NCBI GenBank assembly: GCA_046563655.1
Contig: CM102289.1
Span: 930,001 to 994,000 of the forward strand
Source: Yuukianura sp. NJ FZ-2021
Taxonomy: Eukaryota
Direction: 5' to 3'
DNA: 64,000 nucleotides
A program made the position numbers and the translations under genes. The notes under the pieces were generated by a model. That model was not told the DNA's origin. It ran no database searches and was given only the letters and a program-made list of their open reading frames with translations. Below, piece by piece: positions 38,901 through 52,434 of the stretch. Position 1 is the first letter of the stretch. Each line of letters begins with the position of its first letter.

Positions 38901-40062
38901 GACTCCATTTGCATCAACAGCCAAATTTCACTCAAATTTCACCCGGGCTTTTCAAATCTCCCGGGAATCCAGTCACTTCCGCCCCCAAATCCAAAATTCT
39001 TCTAAACTTAAACTGCTAAACACGTTCAAAGCAGAAATAGAGCGGAATTGATGCACATTTTAAAATTTTATGGAACAATACCAATATTCAAAAAAAAATA
39101 CACAAACAAAACTTTGCAGAAATCTAAAAACCGTCTAAAAAATCAAAATTTCCAACACTCTAACTTTCTCCGACGCTAAACTGACCAGGATTATCAAAAA
39201 ACCAGAAGAAATTTGGACCAAATTAGAAGATCCTTTTTTCCTGCTGGATTTTGAAATTTTGAAATTCTGAGTAAAAAAAAAGTTTGACGCGCATAAATTT
39301 GGATTGAGTGACTGTTGTTAGTAAATTGTGTGTTGTGTCAGTTGTGTCCCAGTAAGTTGTTTTGTCTTAATTAAGTTATTCAAATTAATGGGTCGTGGTG
39401 GTTTTGCAGTGTAGTGGTTGCTAGAAATCAAGAAACAGAGCGGGAGGGTTTGAAAATTCAAAGTTCCACTTTCTCCCGCACTTTCACCCTCCCTCTCTCT
39501 TCCTCCAAAGTTAGTCTCTGCACAGTATAAAACTGAGTGTGTGAAAATGAAAAGTTTGTTCGTGTAATAAATCAGGCGGATGGAGGGTCGTCATGCTTTT
39601 TCTCTTGGAAAAGAGAAAGTTGTTGTCAGTTATTAATTAAAACCTTCCAAACATTGTTATTCTCAACGCCTCCTGTTACATGCCCAGTCAGGCACCTCAT
39701 GAATGCAGATTATCGGAGCAGGAACTTTTGTTCTCCTTTCTCTACCAGGATTGCACTCAAATTGTAACAATTTGTCTTTTCCTCAAACTCGTTAGGTTAA
39801 CACACTGTCCCTTGGGGACATGCTAGCACATCTCGCCATGCTACGACTCAAATTAAGTGTAACAAAATAATTGATTTTGACTGTAACGGAATAACTTCTT
39901 GTCAAAATAACATATAACCTAACGAAATATGTTAAAAAGTGTTAACACTCACTCTGTGACCTCCTAGATTCTCCACCATACATGTGAAACTGGCGTCTTT
40001 CCCTTGTATTTGGGTCACATTCTTGAGAGTTCCAAGGAACCTGGGTTCATGAGATGAGTAAC
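32993..40062 (-). CDS. DIP-beta: Dpr-interacting protein (DIP-beta-like, lachesin family): 3 Ig domains and GPI-type tail; signal-peptide exon not located
   Basis: Exons encode EPRFLGTLKNVT..FTCMVENLGGHR, IAWIKVDTKAILAIHDHVITNNARLSV, GFYMCQVN, EVVIPPDI..MVPEGGTAKLICKARGYPKP, LSKITRSEMGAYL/CIASNGVPPSVSKRM, FHPLIQVPSQLV..EASPKAINYW, GEMII..DFSGYKCISQNSMG, then a hydrophobic C-terminus. Confidence 0.9.
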
Positions 40063-43000
40063 CTAGAAACACACAAGATTATTTTCTAGATGCATTACCA
40101 AATTAGAAAAAAAAGTTTTGAAATTTTGATTATAAAAAACGACAATTAGCTGATTGGTTTTTGCGCGAGATGGTTTGAATTAAAAAAAAACATAGTCCAA
40201 GCCTCTACTGAGGCGAAGTTTTAAAAATAATTTCAGCGGTTAATAGGCTTTGGCGTCTTAAAAGTACAAATGAAAATAATCTAATGCACCTGAACTTCAT
40301 TTTTTTTAAGGTCAAGTTAAAGTTAAAACATAACAAAAGTTAAACTTACAAAACCTAAGTTACGCTGATTCACATAAGGTTAGCTTAAATTAATCACAGA
40401 ATATGATAGTGTAAGAGAAAACACCGTTTTGCAAAATTTGGTTTACAGTTTTCTCTCAAAACTCCCGCAGGAGGCCAAATCTCTTTCTTTTCAAACCTTA
40501 CTAGTAATTAAGCATAGTTTTGAGAAAAAGCGGAGCCAAAATTTAAAAAATTTGAAATTTTGGAAATCGTTTGAACTTGACACGCGTTTTGGAAGTTTCT
40601 GTTAGCAGAAGTATGACTAGAAATGAACAAATTGTGATATCTTGTAGATCTCTGCCGCAATTAATAACATGACATTGCAATGGGCCAAGTGGGGGAAGAC
40701 GTGCGTTGCATTCCACCACTTTCTACTAGAAGTCCACACAAAGGGAGAAAGTGGATAATGGAAATGTAAAGCAACGCAGATAGTTACTCCCGCCACTGAA
40801 AGTCCAAAGATAGTTACTCCCTCCACTTGAATCCAAGAAGATAGTTGCTCCCTCCGCACAAAAACCATCACAAAACCAGACCTCGTTTCAGTTTCAATAA
40901 TAATTCCCGCTGCATCGCTTCTGGAATTTCTCCCTCCTCTGACTTTCTCCAAATCCACAAAAATTATTCCACATTTTCCAAATCTACTTTAATCCAACTC
41001 TAACCCCGGGAGTCTCATTTCCTTTGTGTTTTGTCTTTTTGAAAAAAACGAGTTCCACTTTCAAACGAAAATGAAACTGAAAAGTTGAAACCAGGAAAGC
41101 AATGCACCACAATAGAAAAAATTGAATGAGCTAAACTGTTCTAAAAGCTCCGAGAAAATGGCAGGAAATTTCGGTTTTTAGTCATTTTTGATAATCCAGG
41201 CAAATGGGGCTTTTGAACTGTTTTGTGCAATAAATTTCTCCCCAAAGTCTATTTTGTACTAATATTCAACTCAAAAATGATTAACGCAACTCAAAATAAT
41301 AATGTGCTTTAATTAGCAAATTTCAAAATTATGAAAACAAAATCAGAAATGGAAACAAAGTATGTACAACGTTTGGAAGAAATTTTGATGTCAAGTGAAC
41401 TAAGCTAAATGGATTTGTTTAAAAGTGTGATTTTTTTTTGTTAAATTTTACTGATTTCGGAAATTTTTGTTGTTGGATTAAGAAAGTGCAGAAGCGGAAG
41501 GAAAGTTTGGAAAATTCAAAATTGAACTTTTGTGTAATCCGGATTTAATTGTTTCCAGTAGATCGCTTTCTCTCCTTCGCTTTCTAAGAAAATTGTGAAC
41601 TTCCTAAAATTTTGAAACTTAAAATGAAATATTTCTTTGACTTTGTCCTGCTCTTATTGTGTTTCTCGTGAGAAGTGAAACACTTTTCACCTCTTTAATT
41701 TCCATGCTCATTGCCTCTAATATTGGATAAGAAACACAATGGAAGAATTAGAAGGAGAGGGAAAGAGCGGCTTATTTAAACTTTCTCAAAACTCGCGCTC
41801 TTTCTCTCGAAAGGCTAAAAGTGAAAGGTCCTCGGTTTTAGTACTTTTGACTTTTACTTTTCTCGATTCCAAAATCCCCTCTACGCCCATTACCCCTAAA
41901 ACTCTTCTGGGTTTTATTCATTAACAAACACTGAATTAAAAACAATCTCTAACACTTTACGATTTTAACTTAACTTTTAGCACCACCATTTCTCATTTCA
42001 AATATTTCCAAATTTTGAAACTTCTACGCAGGTTCCGGATTTTACTCAAACTCGAATGCATTCAGCTTGTTTGACACTAAAAAGCAACGTTGGAAGTTCT
42101 CAATTTTCTTTTCAAAAATCAAAAAGAAGCTTCAGTCCAACACAAAATCTGTTTAAAAGTTTTCAAGTTTTTATTCATTTACAATTTTCTAGCATAAATT
42201 GTTCAAAAAATTGCATTTCCGGTGGAATTCCCGCGTTTTTGAAAAGAAAATTCCCATGCTTTATGAAAACAGGAATTCCCATTTTTTTGAAATTTGGAAT
42301 TCCCGCGTTTTTTTAAAGTAAAACTGAACTAAAAAGACAAAATTTGAAAAGACACTGCCGAAGACAGTAAGAATTTGAAATGTCCTAAGGGAAATAACGC
42401 AGTGTGGAAGAAGTGATTCCGGCCTTGTTCAAATCTGGCGGGGGAAATTTTTTTTTGAAAAAGAAAAAAGAGAAAAGTATGCCGGAGTTAAATGCAAGTT
42501 GGGATTTGTTCAGAAGTTAAAAAGAGGAAGAAAATTAAAAAGCATAATTTGAAATGGGAGTTAGCGCGCTCCTTTCTCCGTATAAAAGTTGGGTGGACGT
42601 TTTTCATTTAATTTTGAAAACGGACACGGGAGCGCGGGAAAACTGTGCGAGTCGTGATAATAATCATAATAATGTTTCTGACTAAAGGGATGAGGCTTTT
42701 GGGAAAGATAAAAAGATACTCAAACTTTTCAACTCTATGAATCCGGAAAGATAAAATAAAAGAAAAAGGTTACCCGGGCATTTTCTAAGGTTCCCGGGCT
42801 TTTTCTCCCTTCAAAAACCCGGGTTCTCTCCGGGGGAGTTTTATTGAGACACTTCTTCCCTCCCGCCAAAAAAGTCAAAACTTTGAAATTGGACCGTATT
42901 TTACCAAAAAGGGAAAGTATAAGCAACTGGAGGGAGAAAATAAAAGATTTTTTCTTGTTTTGATGCACAATGCTTAGACTATAAGTTCAAATCTGGCGAT

Positions 43001-43595
43001 GAATTTAAAATTGCCGTTTCGACGAATATCTCAAACTGAAATTTTATTTTATTTTTTTTTACCTGTGACTACTGATGTCAGCACCATCAAAATCTGCTCC
43101 AATCCACAGATCACAGCAAAATGCTTCTGCAAAGAAGTGTTAAAAAAAGTATGAAACACATGTTTTCGAAATTTTAACAAATTTTTGAAAAAAAAAAACA
43201 GCTCCTGATACGGTTTTGTTTTTGGCTTTACGTGCAGAAAGCGTATCAAAATAGGTGCTAAATTTGCTTTTGTCTCTGCACGTTTTACAACTCGTGCTTT
43301 TGTCTTTTCTAAATTGTTATTTCCTTTTAGTGTGATGAATTAACGCATGAAATGCATCACTTTCCATAAAATGACACCGAATTGCACAGATTCAAAGTTT
43401 TTAGTATCAAAAATAAAATTTGGAGACAATAGGAAACACTATGAGGACGGATTATTGAGCACTTTTGTCCTTTGCAATTAATTTCGAAATTTCTAACTTT
43501 CTTTAATTAGTCGTAAACCAAATTTAAAATTAGTTTCCCGTTTAACAGTTTTTCTGTGGCATAAAATAAGTGAAGTGTATTCATCACAACCCAAA

Positions 43596-46500
43596 GGTTG
43601 GTTTCGGATTTTGGGCCCAACTTGGAGCACGGAAATGAAAATGAAGGCGGTGTCCCACCATGCTGAAATTTTAGGATATTCACTACTATGAGTTGTAGAA
43701 TCAGTGTAAAAAAATTGAAATGGTGGGACACCGCCTTCTATCCTAAAAATGTCACCAAAGTTGACCATATTTCGATGGAAAAAATCACAACTTCCATTTA
43801 TTTCTTGTATAAAATAGTTTTTAACACTTAGGTTTTAATCACGTGCACATTTTGACAGTTTCGATTGCAAATGTTGCACAACTAAAAATCAGGTTTTACT
43901 TTTTGCACAATTTTTTAAATAAAAATCTTCTTTTGTGCAATTTTAAAATTTTGATGTTTCCAAGGAAATGATGAGTTTCCTGAAATGTTTGTTTCAACTA
44001 TGTCCACTTATATGAATTTAAAAAAAATCTGTCAGTTGGTTTTCAGTTTCCGAACTGTACGGAAGTGAAAAAGCTTGTCTCTGAAAGTTAAGTGAAAAGT
44101 TCGTCTAAGAACTAACCTGAACAAACTTATCCAAGAATGGGACGCTGGGAGTGTGAACAATGCATGCGAAAGTTACAATCCAATCAAAGGAAGCATGTTT
44201 GGGATGGGAACACGATTTGCTCCAAGTGTCATGTAACACGCCGTGAAACTTCAGGCTCTATTGGTCGAAAGTTAAGAATGGGTAAGTTCGAAAGTATCCG
44301 AAAACTTAAACATGAAAATGAAATTCCGGTATTTGTTAATTACTTTTTCTTGTTGTAGCCATCGCTTCCAGCAAAGCTATTGAACCTGTTCGGCCAATCA
44401 CAAGAAACTACGCCAATTTTCACAATAATCGGGAAAATGGGGACTTGGAAGAAATAGAATCCATGGACATTGATTCCAGCGAACAGTCCTGCGCGTCTTC
44501 TCAAGGTATAAATGACATATCTGTTCTTTGTGTTGTTAATTATGATTAATAGCTCATGACAAAGTATTGAGCGATACAATTTTCGTTTCAGATGTCTCAC
44601 TACCGGACTCAACACCACTAATGTCGCCATTTTCGGGAGAAGACAGTTATGACTCCACTCAACTTTCGAATTCTTCTACCCTGATCAACACTGAAGCTTC
44701 AATTGAGTTGTCCCAACCATCAAGCCAAGGCAGTTCTCGTGACATAAAAATGGTTAACGTTCGAGGCATGAAATCTGCAATTAAAAGCCAGCGTCGGTGT
44801 TTTGTCTGCAAAAGGAGTTCGGGAAGGACCGTCATTGGGGATGCTGCCATCAAGAACGCCTTTGCTAGAAAACAAATTAGAATTCCTACAGGAAACCGTT
44901 GCTGCACAACACACCTACAAAATGGATTACTTAATCAGGAGGCTCTCGATGGCCTACAAGCTCATAGTGACGACTCCCAATTGGATGAAGTTGAAGTTTC
45001 TAACTGGATTTCTACCCTAACTAACCTAGCAATCGGTCCACGCATCGATTTCGCTGAAAACTCTGACCTGAGCGATGCAGATTACAAGGTAAATGTTGAT
45101 TCTTCTACAATGATGTTAAATATTAAATGATTTACCGTTTGAAGTTTGAGTGTTTTCTATTTATTATGTCCTTTGTTTTAGATGCTAACAGGATTCCCGA
45201 AGCACGTGTTCGAAGACATCCTCAATCATTGTGGCACTATCAAGAACAGTTCTAATCGATCGAGACGTAATGCTGTTGGGATGCTTTTGATGCAACTTAG
45301 AATGAACCTTACTCAAAGGCAACTAGCGTTTTTGTTCCGAGTGCCTAACATTTCAACAGTTAGCGACACACTGGATTCCGTCCTGGAGGCGTTAGAGAAG
45401 ACGTTTCTGCCAAAATATCTTGGGTTTGCGCATATCACGAGAAAAGAGCTTATTGCACGTCATTCTGTCAAATCATTCAACAAGCTACTCCGCACTACCA
45501 ATGACGAAGAGGAGGATGATAATGATGCTTACAGTAAGTTTGTCAATATATAACTATCCTTGGATTTATATTTACAATCGTTTCCGTTTTTTTCTAGCTG
45601 GCGATGATGTACTTAAACTAATCTTCGACTGCACTTACTTGTATCATCAAAAACCAAGTGATTTTGAGCTACAGCGGAAAACTTATTGCGTGCACAAGGC
45701 GGCAAACCTGGTGAAGCCAATGATGGTTGTAACCGAAACTGGGTACATCCTCGAGGCTTCTGACGTTTATTACTCCGACGCTGAAAACAATGACGCCGCC
45801 ATTCTTCGACACATGATGCAGAACGGGCCACTACTGGATTACTTTGAAGTTGGTGATCGTGCAATCTTTGACCGGGGCTTCAGAGACGTAGTGGAATTTA
45901 CCGAAGATCATGCCATTCACGCTCACATGCCACCACTCCTGAGCCGCGGAGCAAAGCAGTTTTCGGCCATAGATGGGAACACGGCTAGGTAATTACATTT
46001 AGTAATATCGCAACTTCAGCTCAAATAGTATTTTGCATAAATACGATATTGGTTCTTGAATTAATTTCAGACAAGTAACAATGATTCGTTGGGTGGTGGA
46101 GGCAGTAAATGGTCGTGTGAAGAAGAAGTTCAGTTTTTTCGACGATGTCATTGAAGCTTCATATCTCCCAAAAATTGGACGTCTTTTCCGTTTAGCTTGT
46201 GCTTTTATCAACGCGTACGCTGGCCCACTCTTCACAGAATCAGAAGATCACACTCAACTTGTTGAAGCTGCAATCCTGAAACTTGGAGAAGAGAACAAGC
46301 TATTTCAAATGCTGGTTGCAGAAGATCTTTTACGAAGGCGTTCCGTTTGGACGGAGGTAGCAGATTCGGATGTCCCGCACTTCCCGAGGCTAACTCCAAA
46401 TGATCTGAAAACGCTTGCCCTTGGAGTATACCAACCGAAATTAGGCAAACTCTACGCCAGGCAGCATTTAGCCTCCTCGACTGACTTCAAGGTATAGTTT

Positions 46501-47430
46501 TTTCAACTAGCTATTTCGGCAAGGCGTAACGTCTTTCTACTTTTGTTTGCAGATTTTTATTCATCACAGCAAACCAAACTTGCTCAAATCGAAGATCCAG
46601 GCCAGGTTCAGCCGGAGGCGTCACTACAACGTTTGGATTGAATACGAGGCTAACGGAGTTGGTCCTTCAGCTATAACCGGCTATTACTGCTGTTGTCGGT
46701 CTGGAGCTAGGACACTTGGTACTTGTTCGCATGTAGCATCCGTGCTTTGGTACCTCGGGTATGCGAGACACGATCCTGACCTGAAGACTGGAAATCTACG
46801 CGACCTCTGCAGTACCATTCTCAGCGCCACACGGAACATGAATGACGAGGAAGATGGCAGTGACACTTCAGAGGATGAGGAAAACTAATGTGAACATTAT
46901 GCTTAAGTATTCAGTTTAAGTGGTTTTTGCATTCATTCTCTAATTTACTTCTTTCAATCAGTTTTCATTTCCTTTTTGCAAGCCGAGTAAGTCTAACTTA
47001 ATTTTGATCTCATCTCCTTTCCTCTGTGGATGGGGTAAGCGGCTTGAATTAAGGTTGGGATCTCACACTGACGTGTGAGAGCGGAGGAAAGGATAGCTAG
47101 GTTAGTTTAGTTTTAGTTAGCGTTAAGTTCTAATATATTCCAGTTAAAGAGAAAATAAAAAATTGAACTTTCTAAAAATTAGCCATTTGTAATCTTTTCT
47201 TTCAGTTTCGACGTCGCCCAAACGGTTTGTATACAATGCACAATTCCGAAAGGAAATTGTGCAGCGCATACAAACCATTTGTATATTTTCACACAAGTTG
47301 CACAAGTTGCACATTTGTGAAAAAAACACCGGGTTTAAAACGTTTTATATCGTTATTAAGTGGGCCGGAGAAAATACAAACAAACAAATGGCACTGGGCC
47401 GGTTTTTTCTACAGAAACCCGAAACCATCC
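43596..47430 (+). mobile_element. Full-length Spy-type (PHIS superfamily) DNA transposon, 3835 bp
   Basis: TIRs GGTTGGTTTCGGATTT / AAACCCGAAACCATCC (14/16 match). Flanked by AAA on the left and TTT on the right with no TSD. Encloses an intact transposase gene. Confidence 0.85.
44137..46888 (+). CDS. DDE_Tnp_4-type transposase, 762 aa, 7 exons, with zinc-finger motifs, HTH and C-terminal SWIM finger
   Basis: Exons 44137-44281, 44359-44505, 44592-45088, 45182-45533, 45598-45988, 46071-46491, 46553-46888 (2289 nt, no stops). Catalytic motifs IFDCTY / IFDRGF / RWVVEAVNG. CEQC..CSKC, CFVC..RCCTTH, LTQRQLAFLF (HTH) and YCCCRSGARTLGTCSHV (SWIM). Confidence 0.92.
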
Positions 47431-50400
47431 TTTTGAACGCATTTTGGATTTCTGTATGAAAGAGTTACATTTTAAAAAATATTTTTGAACAATGTTTATA
47501 AAATTTTTGTTTTGACAACGGAGGTTGTGAATGACAAGGACGAAATGGAAATCGATGAGTTGTGAAAAGTGGTTGTGAATTGTGAAACTGTTTTTGAGAA
47601 GCTTATGTTCATATTTTCTTTTATGACCTCCGTAAGCACTTTCTTTTGTTTTCACATAATGCAATACGGAGGAAGCAACCACCAGAATGAGCGGCTTATT
47701 CAAAATCTGCCTCTCCCTCTTTCTAAGCTTTCAAGTAATATGAGAATACAACAATATGTTTAAACTTCCTACGCAAACTCAACACAACTTTCAAAATTCT
47801 TACAAAATCCAAAATTTTACAAAATTCACTTCCTAAAAAATTTCAAGAAGCTTGAAAGCTCCAATTCCATACAAATTTGAAGTTGGTAATGACAAATTTC
47901 AAAAATTTGAAAACCGGTTTATATAGAAAGTGTTTAGTTTTGTGAATTTTGGTTGGAAATGAAACACAAAGGAAGGCATGGGTGACCGTGGAAAAATTTG
48001 GCGCGAAGAATCGAATTTGAAAAAGTGCGCTTTGTGGATTATGTACTTGAGCCTTAAAGACTTTGAGGGTTAGAAGTTAAGGACGTTAAGAACTACGTTC
48101 CTCGACTTGAACTTCTTTTCCCGCTTTTTTCGCTTTTGAAATTCGTCTCACGTTCTAAACTCAATCATGTCTTTGGTCCAAAACGACTGGAATCGAAGGT
48201 GCAGAAATGTCGAACAGGAACAAGGAACTTTCTCCAGTCAACGAGCAACGGGAGACGTATAATTTCACTGTTTGTTAAAGCCCAACGCTCCACACACAAA
48301 GATTTAGCTGCACAAATTGCAAAAGTTTCACAAAAAAAATCTAGTTTCCTCCAAAATTTCAAAAACTGAAATAACGTCTACAATTTCAAACTCAATTGCA
48401 GCGTCAAAATTTGGAATTTTGATTCTTTTGATCAAGATTTGACACAGTGAGTGCCGTTTTTTGGCGATTTTTTAATCGGAAATGAAATAACAAAGCGGTT
48501 TTTTTTTCAAATTTGTTGAAAACCTTATTTTGAAATTGCTTTGTAAACATTTTTGTGTGTAGAAAAGTAATAAATTGAAGTGGACTGATAGAAAGTTGAC
48601 TTTGTGAACTTTCACTTCCGGATCCTCCACTGTCGACAATGATTAAGTGCAAAAAAGAAAACGGCGGGAAAAGAGAGCGGAAATAAGTTCCTGCCACACC
48701 CGCCACGGTCAGCATGACACTCCATTTACAATTTTCGCACGTTTGCGTTTTTCAAACAGTTCAAAACACATTTTCTGTTTTTCAAAACATATTTTTCTCC
48801 GTTTTTTAGGTTAGGTGTAAAGGGACTTTCAAAATTCAAACTGTACCAGAAACCAAAACAGCGAGAAAATTCGTCAGGAAAAAGAAATTTTTTCTTCAAA
48901 ATTCTTTAAAATTTCAAAATTCTTACTTCAAAAAACTTGTTTTTGGAGTACCACAAATGTTCAAATTCTTTTTTTTTAACAATTTTTGAAATTCCCGCGT
49001 TGCTTGATAAAAAAAAGTGTTGATATGGTGTGGTGTTGCAGTGTCGTGTCAAGTGTCGAGTTGAAGTGACACAGACCAATCTTGAAACTTGGCTGTTCTG
49101 ACAGGCACAAGTGGAAAAATGTTGTTTTCCATTTGTCCGGATTCTTTTGACTCTGTCACTCCTTACCACACTCACAAAAACTCAACTTCTTGTTCAAATT
49201 TTGTTTGAAATTTCAAAAAATGTACCAAATGGGTCTGACACTACGTTTTCCTTGTTTTCTTTTTAAAACAAAAAGTAATACAGCTAATGTGTTCCTTGGG
49301 AAGGGTGAAATCTGACATCGTAACTATAAATTATGAGTCGTTTCCTGTCCGTTATGCTTATTTTGATTTGAAAACCTAAAAATTCCTAAAAACATAGTTA
49401 CTCCCTCCAAAACAGTTTGAATTTTAACAAAGACGTCAGACTAAGCAACATGAACATGTGGAAAATGGAATCCTTCCGGTGAAAAAAAGCCAAGGGCGTG
49501 CTTACCAAAATTTATCAAAATTTATACTTACCCCACTTAATAGCATTTTTCAGTTTTTCAAAGAAAATTATTTGAACAAAAATTTCGAAAAAGTTCAAAA
49601 CTCACTTAACCTTCACTCTCACTTTTCATTGCTCGACTTTAGAACGATTTCACCGCAATTGAACTCAAATTCTTAAAAGCTTTTTTCTCTTTTTCTCAAT
49701 TTTCTTTTCTCCGATTTGAATTCTACCAAAAATCTTTATAGGAAAAGGCTAAATTTTTTGATTCCTTTTTGAATTTAGTGTATTTTCAAAACACAAAACA
49801 CTTTAGTAGCTTGAATTTGTTCAAAATTTGGCACTAGACTGTTAGAAAACTGGGGTTAGAGTGGAAGTGGAGTCGAAATATGAGTACGAAGGGAGTGAGA
49901 GTGACTTGGGCAGAATAAGAATGAGAACTTCCATTCCGTCTGAGGGTTTGATTGAAAATGACTTTCACTCTGGGGTGGAGGGAGCAACTTTCATCCAACT
50001 CCAGAAGTGAGGGGAGGAAACGGGGTGAGGAAGCTGCACAAACCGAGAACTTTCTCTGGCGAAACGCATTTCACAGTTTTCGTACTTTTTACTTAAGAAG
50101 TAAGGGTAGAACTATACACAGGGTTGATTTTTTTACTCATCAAACCTCTCTTGCTAAAACTTAATCTTGCAAGAAATTTAATCAAAATTGAAATGCGTGC
50201 AAAAAAAATCTGCGACGCAAAAGCACTCAACATTTGCCAAAATTAGAACCTTGAAACGTCACAGTAAAAAATTTTTCTCACATCTTGTCGCTGGTTCTAA
50301 AAATTCAAAACACTTTCAATATTAAACAAGTTAAATCTTAAACATTAGTAAGTTTTCATCAAATTTTCATGACTTTTAGAAAACTCTGAGTGTTTTGTGT

Positions 50401-50868
50401 TTGAATGAAGGTCAAAGATTTAGTAAAAAGGGAAATTTAGTGACTGAGATTATGCAGATGCATTAAGTTGTGGATTGACCTTCCTCAGTTTTTTTTCGTC
50501 CACGGCTAAGTAGACGCACTAAAAACACAAAATTTATTTACATTTTAACTATGTGAAGAGTGACGTTTCGAAAAAAAAGCAATCACATGTACAATTCTTG
50601 AAAAAGAGAAACAACGGAGGCTGATTGTTTCTACTATCTAATCTTGTGTCTGAACAGTGCTATGCTGCTAACAGAAAAACCAAATTCAGGTGAACTCACT
50701 TTGTGAAGTGGACATTACCAAAGTGTGTCATTGCATTGTTTGAGTTCTGTTTAAACTTAAAACTTTAGTTTTCGAAATTTAGAAACTTGGATTATCAACA
50801 GTTAGTGAACATTCCTTGTGCGTTTACTTAACACTAATTCATTTCAGTGACAAAAATTTTGAAACAAA

Positions 50869-52434
50869 ATGCCGGAAGAAAGTAACAGAACACCAGAGTA
50901 CAAGTTGACTTACTTTGACGCCAAGGGATCAGGTACAACAAGCAACAAAAATTTTTAACGGATCTTCAGAATTTTAATACAAACTGAAATTTGTGCAAAT
51001 TGTTTCATGTATGACAATTTTTTACTGTTTTTTTTTTCAAGCTGAAACTGCTCGGCTAATACTCGCTTACGCAGGAGTAGAGTACGAATATATCCGAATT
51101 CCAATTGGATCGCTCACAATGGAAATGAAAAAAGGTAGTTAACTAATTAACCTCCGTTGTTTAATTTAACATTTTCAAAAACCTAACATTTCCAAAAAAC
51201 ATGGTCAAGAAACTAACATTTTCAAAAACCAAGATCAATTTTTTAAAACTAATCTACTATTTTCGTCGTGCCTAGCTTTGTGCCTTTGTTGTTACTTATA
51301 AGTTATGGTAGTCGTAGCAGGTCATAAGGGCTAAACCAAAAAGGGCTACTCCAATTAGGGCTACTCAATAAGGGCTAAAAAAAATAAGGGCTACTCCAAT
51401 AAAGGCTACTCCAATAAAGGCTACTGTCAATAAGGGCTACTGTCAATAAGGGCTACTTTAATTAAAGCATGTTTGCTTATTTTCCCGCGCCGAAGGCGCG
51501 GCGTTAGGTTATTTAATTTACAATAGTGATTAGTGTTTTCCATACCAAAGCTTTAGAGCATCTTCGATACCCTTATGCAAATTACGAGGAAGTCTTGATT
51601 TTTAATTTGATATATTTTCTACAACGATTAGGTTTAAGATGCAGGAATATAACAGTGGAAGTTAATTAAGCGGGTAACTGAATTAGTTTGTTATTGAATC
51701 TAGCCCTTATTAATAGTAGCCCTTATTGACAGTAGCCCTTATTGACAGTAGCCCTTATTGGAGTAGCCTATATAGGAGTAGCCCTTATTTTTTTTAGCCC
51801 TTATTGAGTAGCCCTTATTGGAGTAGCCCTTTTTGGTTTAGCCCTTATGACCTGGAACCTATGGTAGTTATGTTATGCTAGTAACCTGAGTTTTTTTTCT
51901 AGTTGTACTTTTTCTACTTGAATTTTGTTTTCAACAGAGTTGAAACTGCGCAGTAACCTTCCTACATTGCAAGTTGACGACCAAGTATTCACGCAGTACA
52001 TGTCCATCAGTCGATATTTAGCAGTCAAGTACGGATTGGCGGGAGATGATGAATTGGAGAGACTCAGAATTGAGGAATGCATTTACATCATGGACGAATA
52101 CTTTAAGAAATGGGTGCCCCTGTTCTTCTGTCCCTGTGAAGAAACGAAAGATCAACTGCGCAGGAGCATACTGGACACTTACAATAAGAAGATCATGGAT
52201 TACTATGACAACATTTTGAAAAAGAACATGGAGACAGGCAGCGTGTGGTTGGTGGGCAACAGGATTTCATGGGCAGACATTGACTTTGCCAATTGCACCT
52301 CCAATTTTGTTGATTGCTTAATGAAAACGGATTTACTCAAGGATTACCCGCGTCTAACGGAATTGAGAGCCCGCGTGTTAGATGAACCCAAGATTAAAGA
52401 ATACAACTCAAACAGACGCCAAACGCAGTTTTAA
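50869..52434 (+). CDS. Glutathione S-transferase, sigma-class-like (copy 1)
   Basis: Exons 50869-50932, 51042-51134, 51938-52434. YKLTYFDAKGSAETARLILAYAGVEYE, LPTLQVDD, ISRYLA, WLVGNRISWADI, P.IKEY..RRQTQF*. Confidence 0.93.
51313..51859. mobile_element. Mutator-like foldback MITE in GST intron 2
   Basis: Perfect 9-bp TSD tatggtagt (51304-51312, 51860-51868). ~140-bp TIRs made of tandem aataagggctact subrepeats. Confidence 0.92.

Noticed and set aside
40617..40958. 113-aa minus-strand ORF as the DIP signal-peptide exon
   Set aside because: No convincing ATG, signal peptide and phase-1 donor combination was found.
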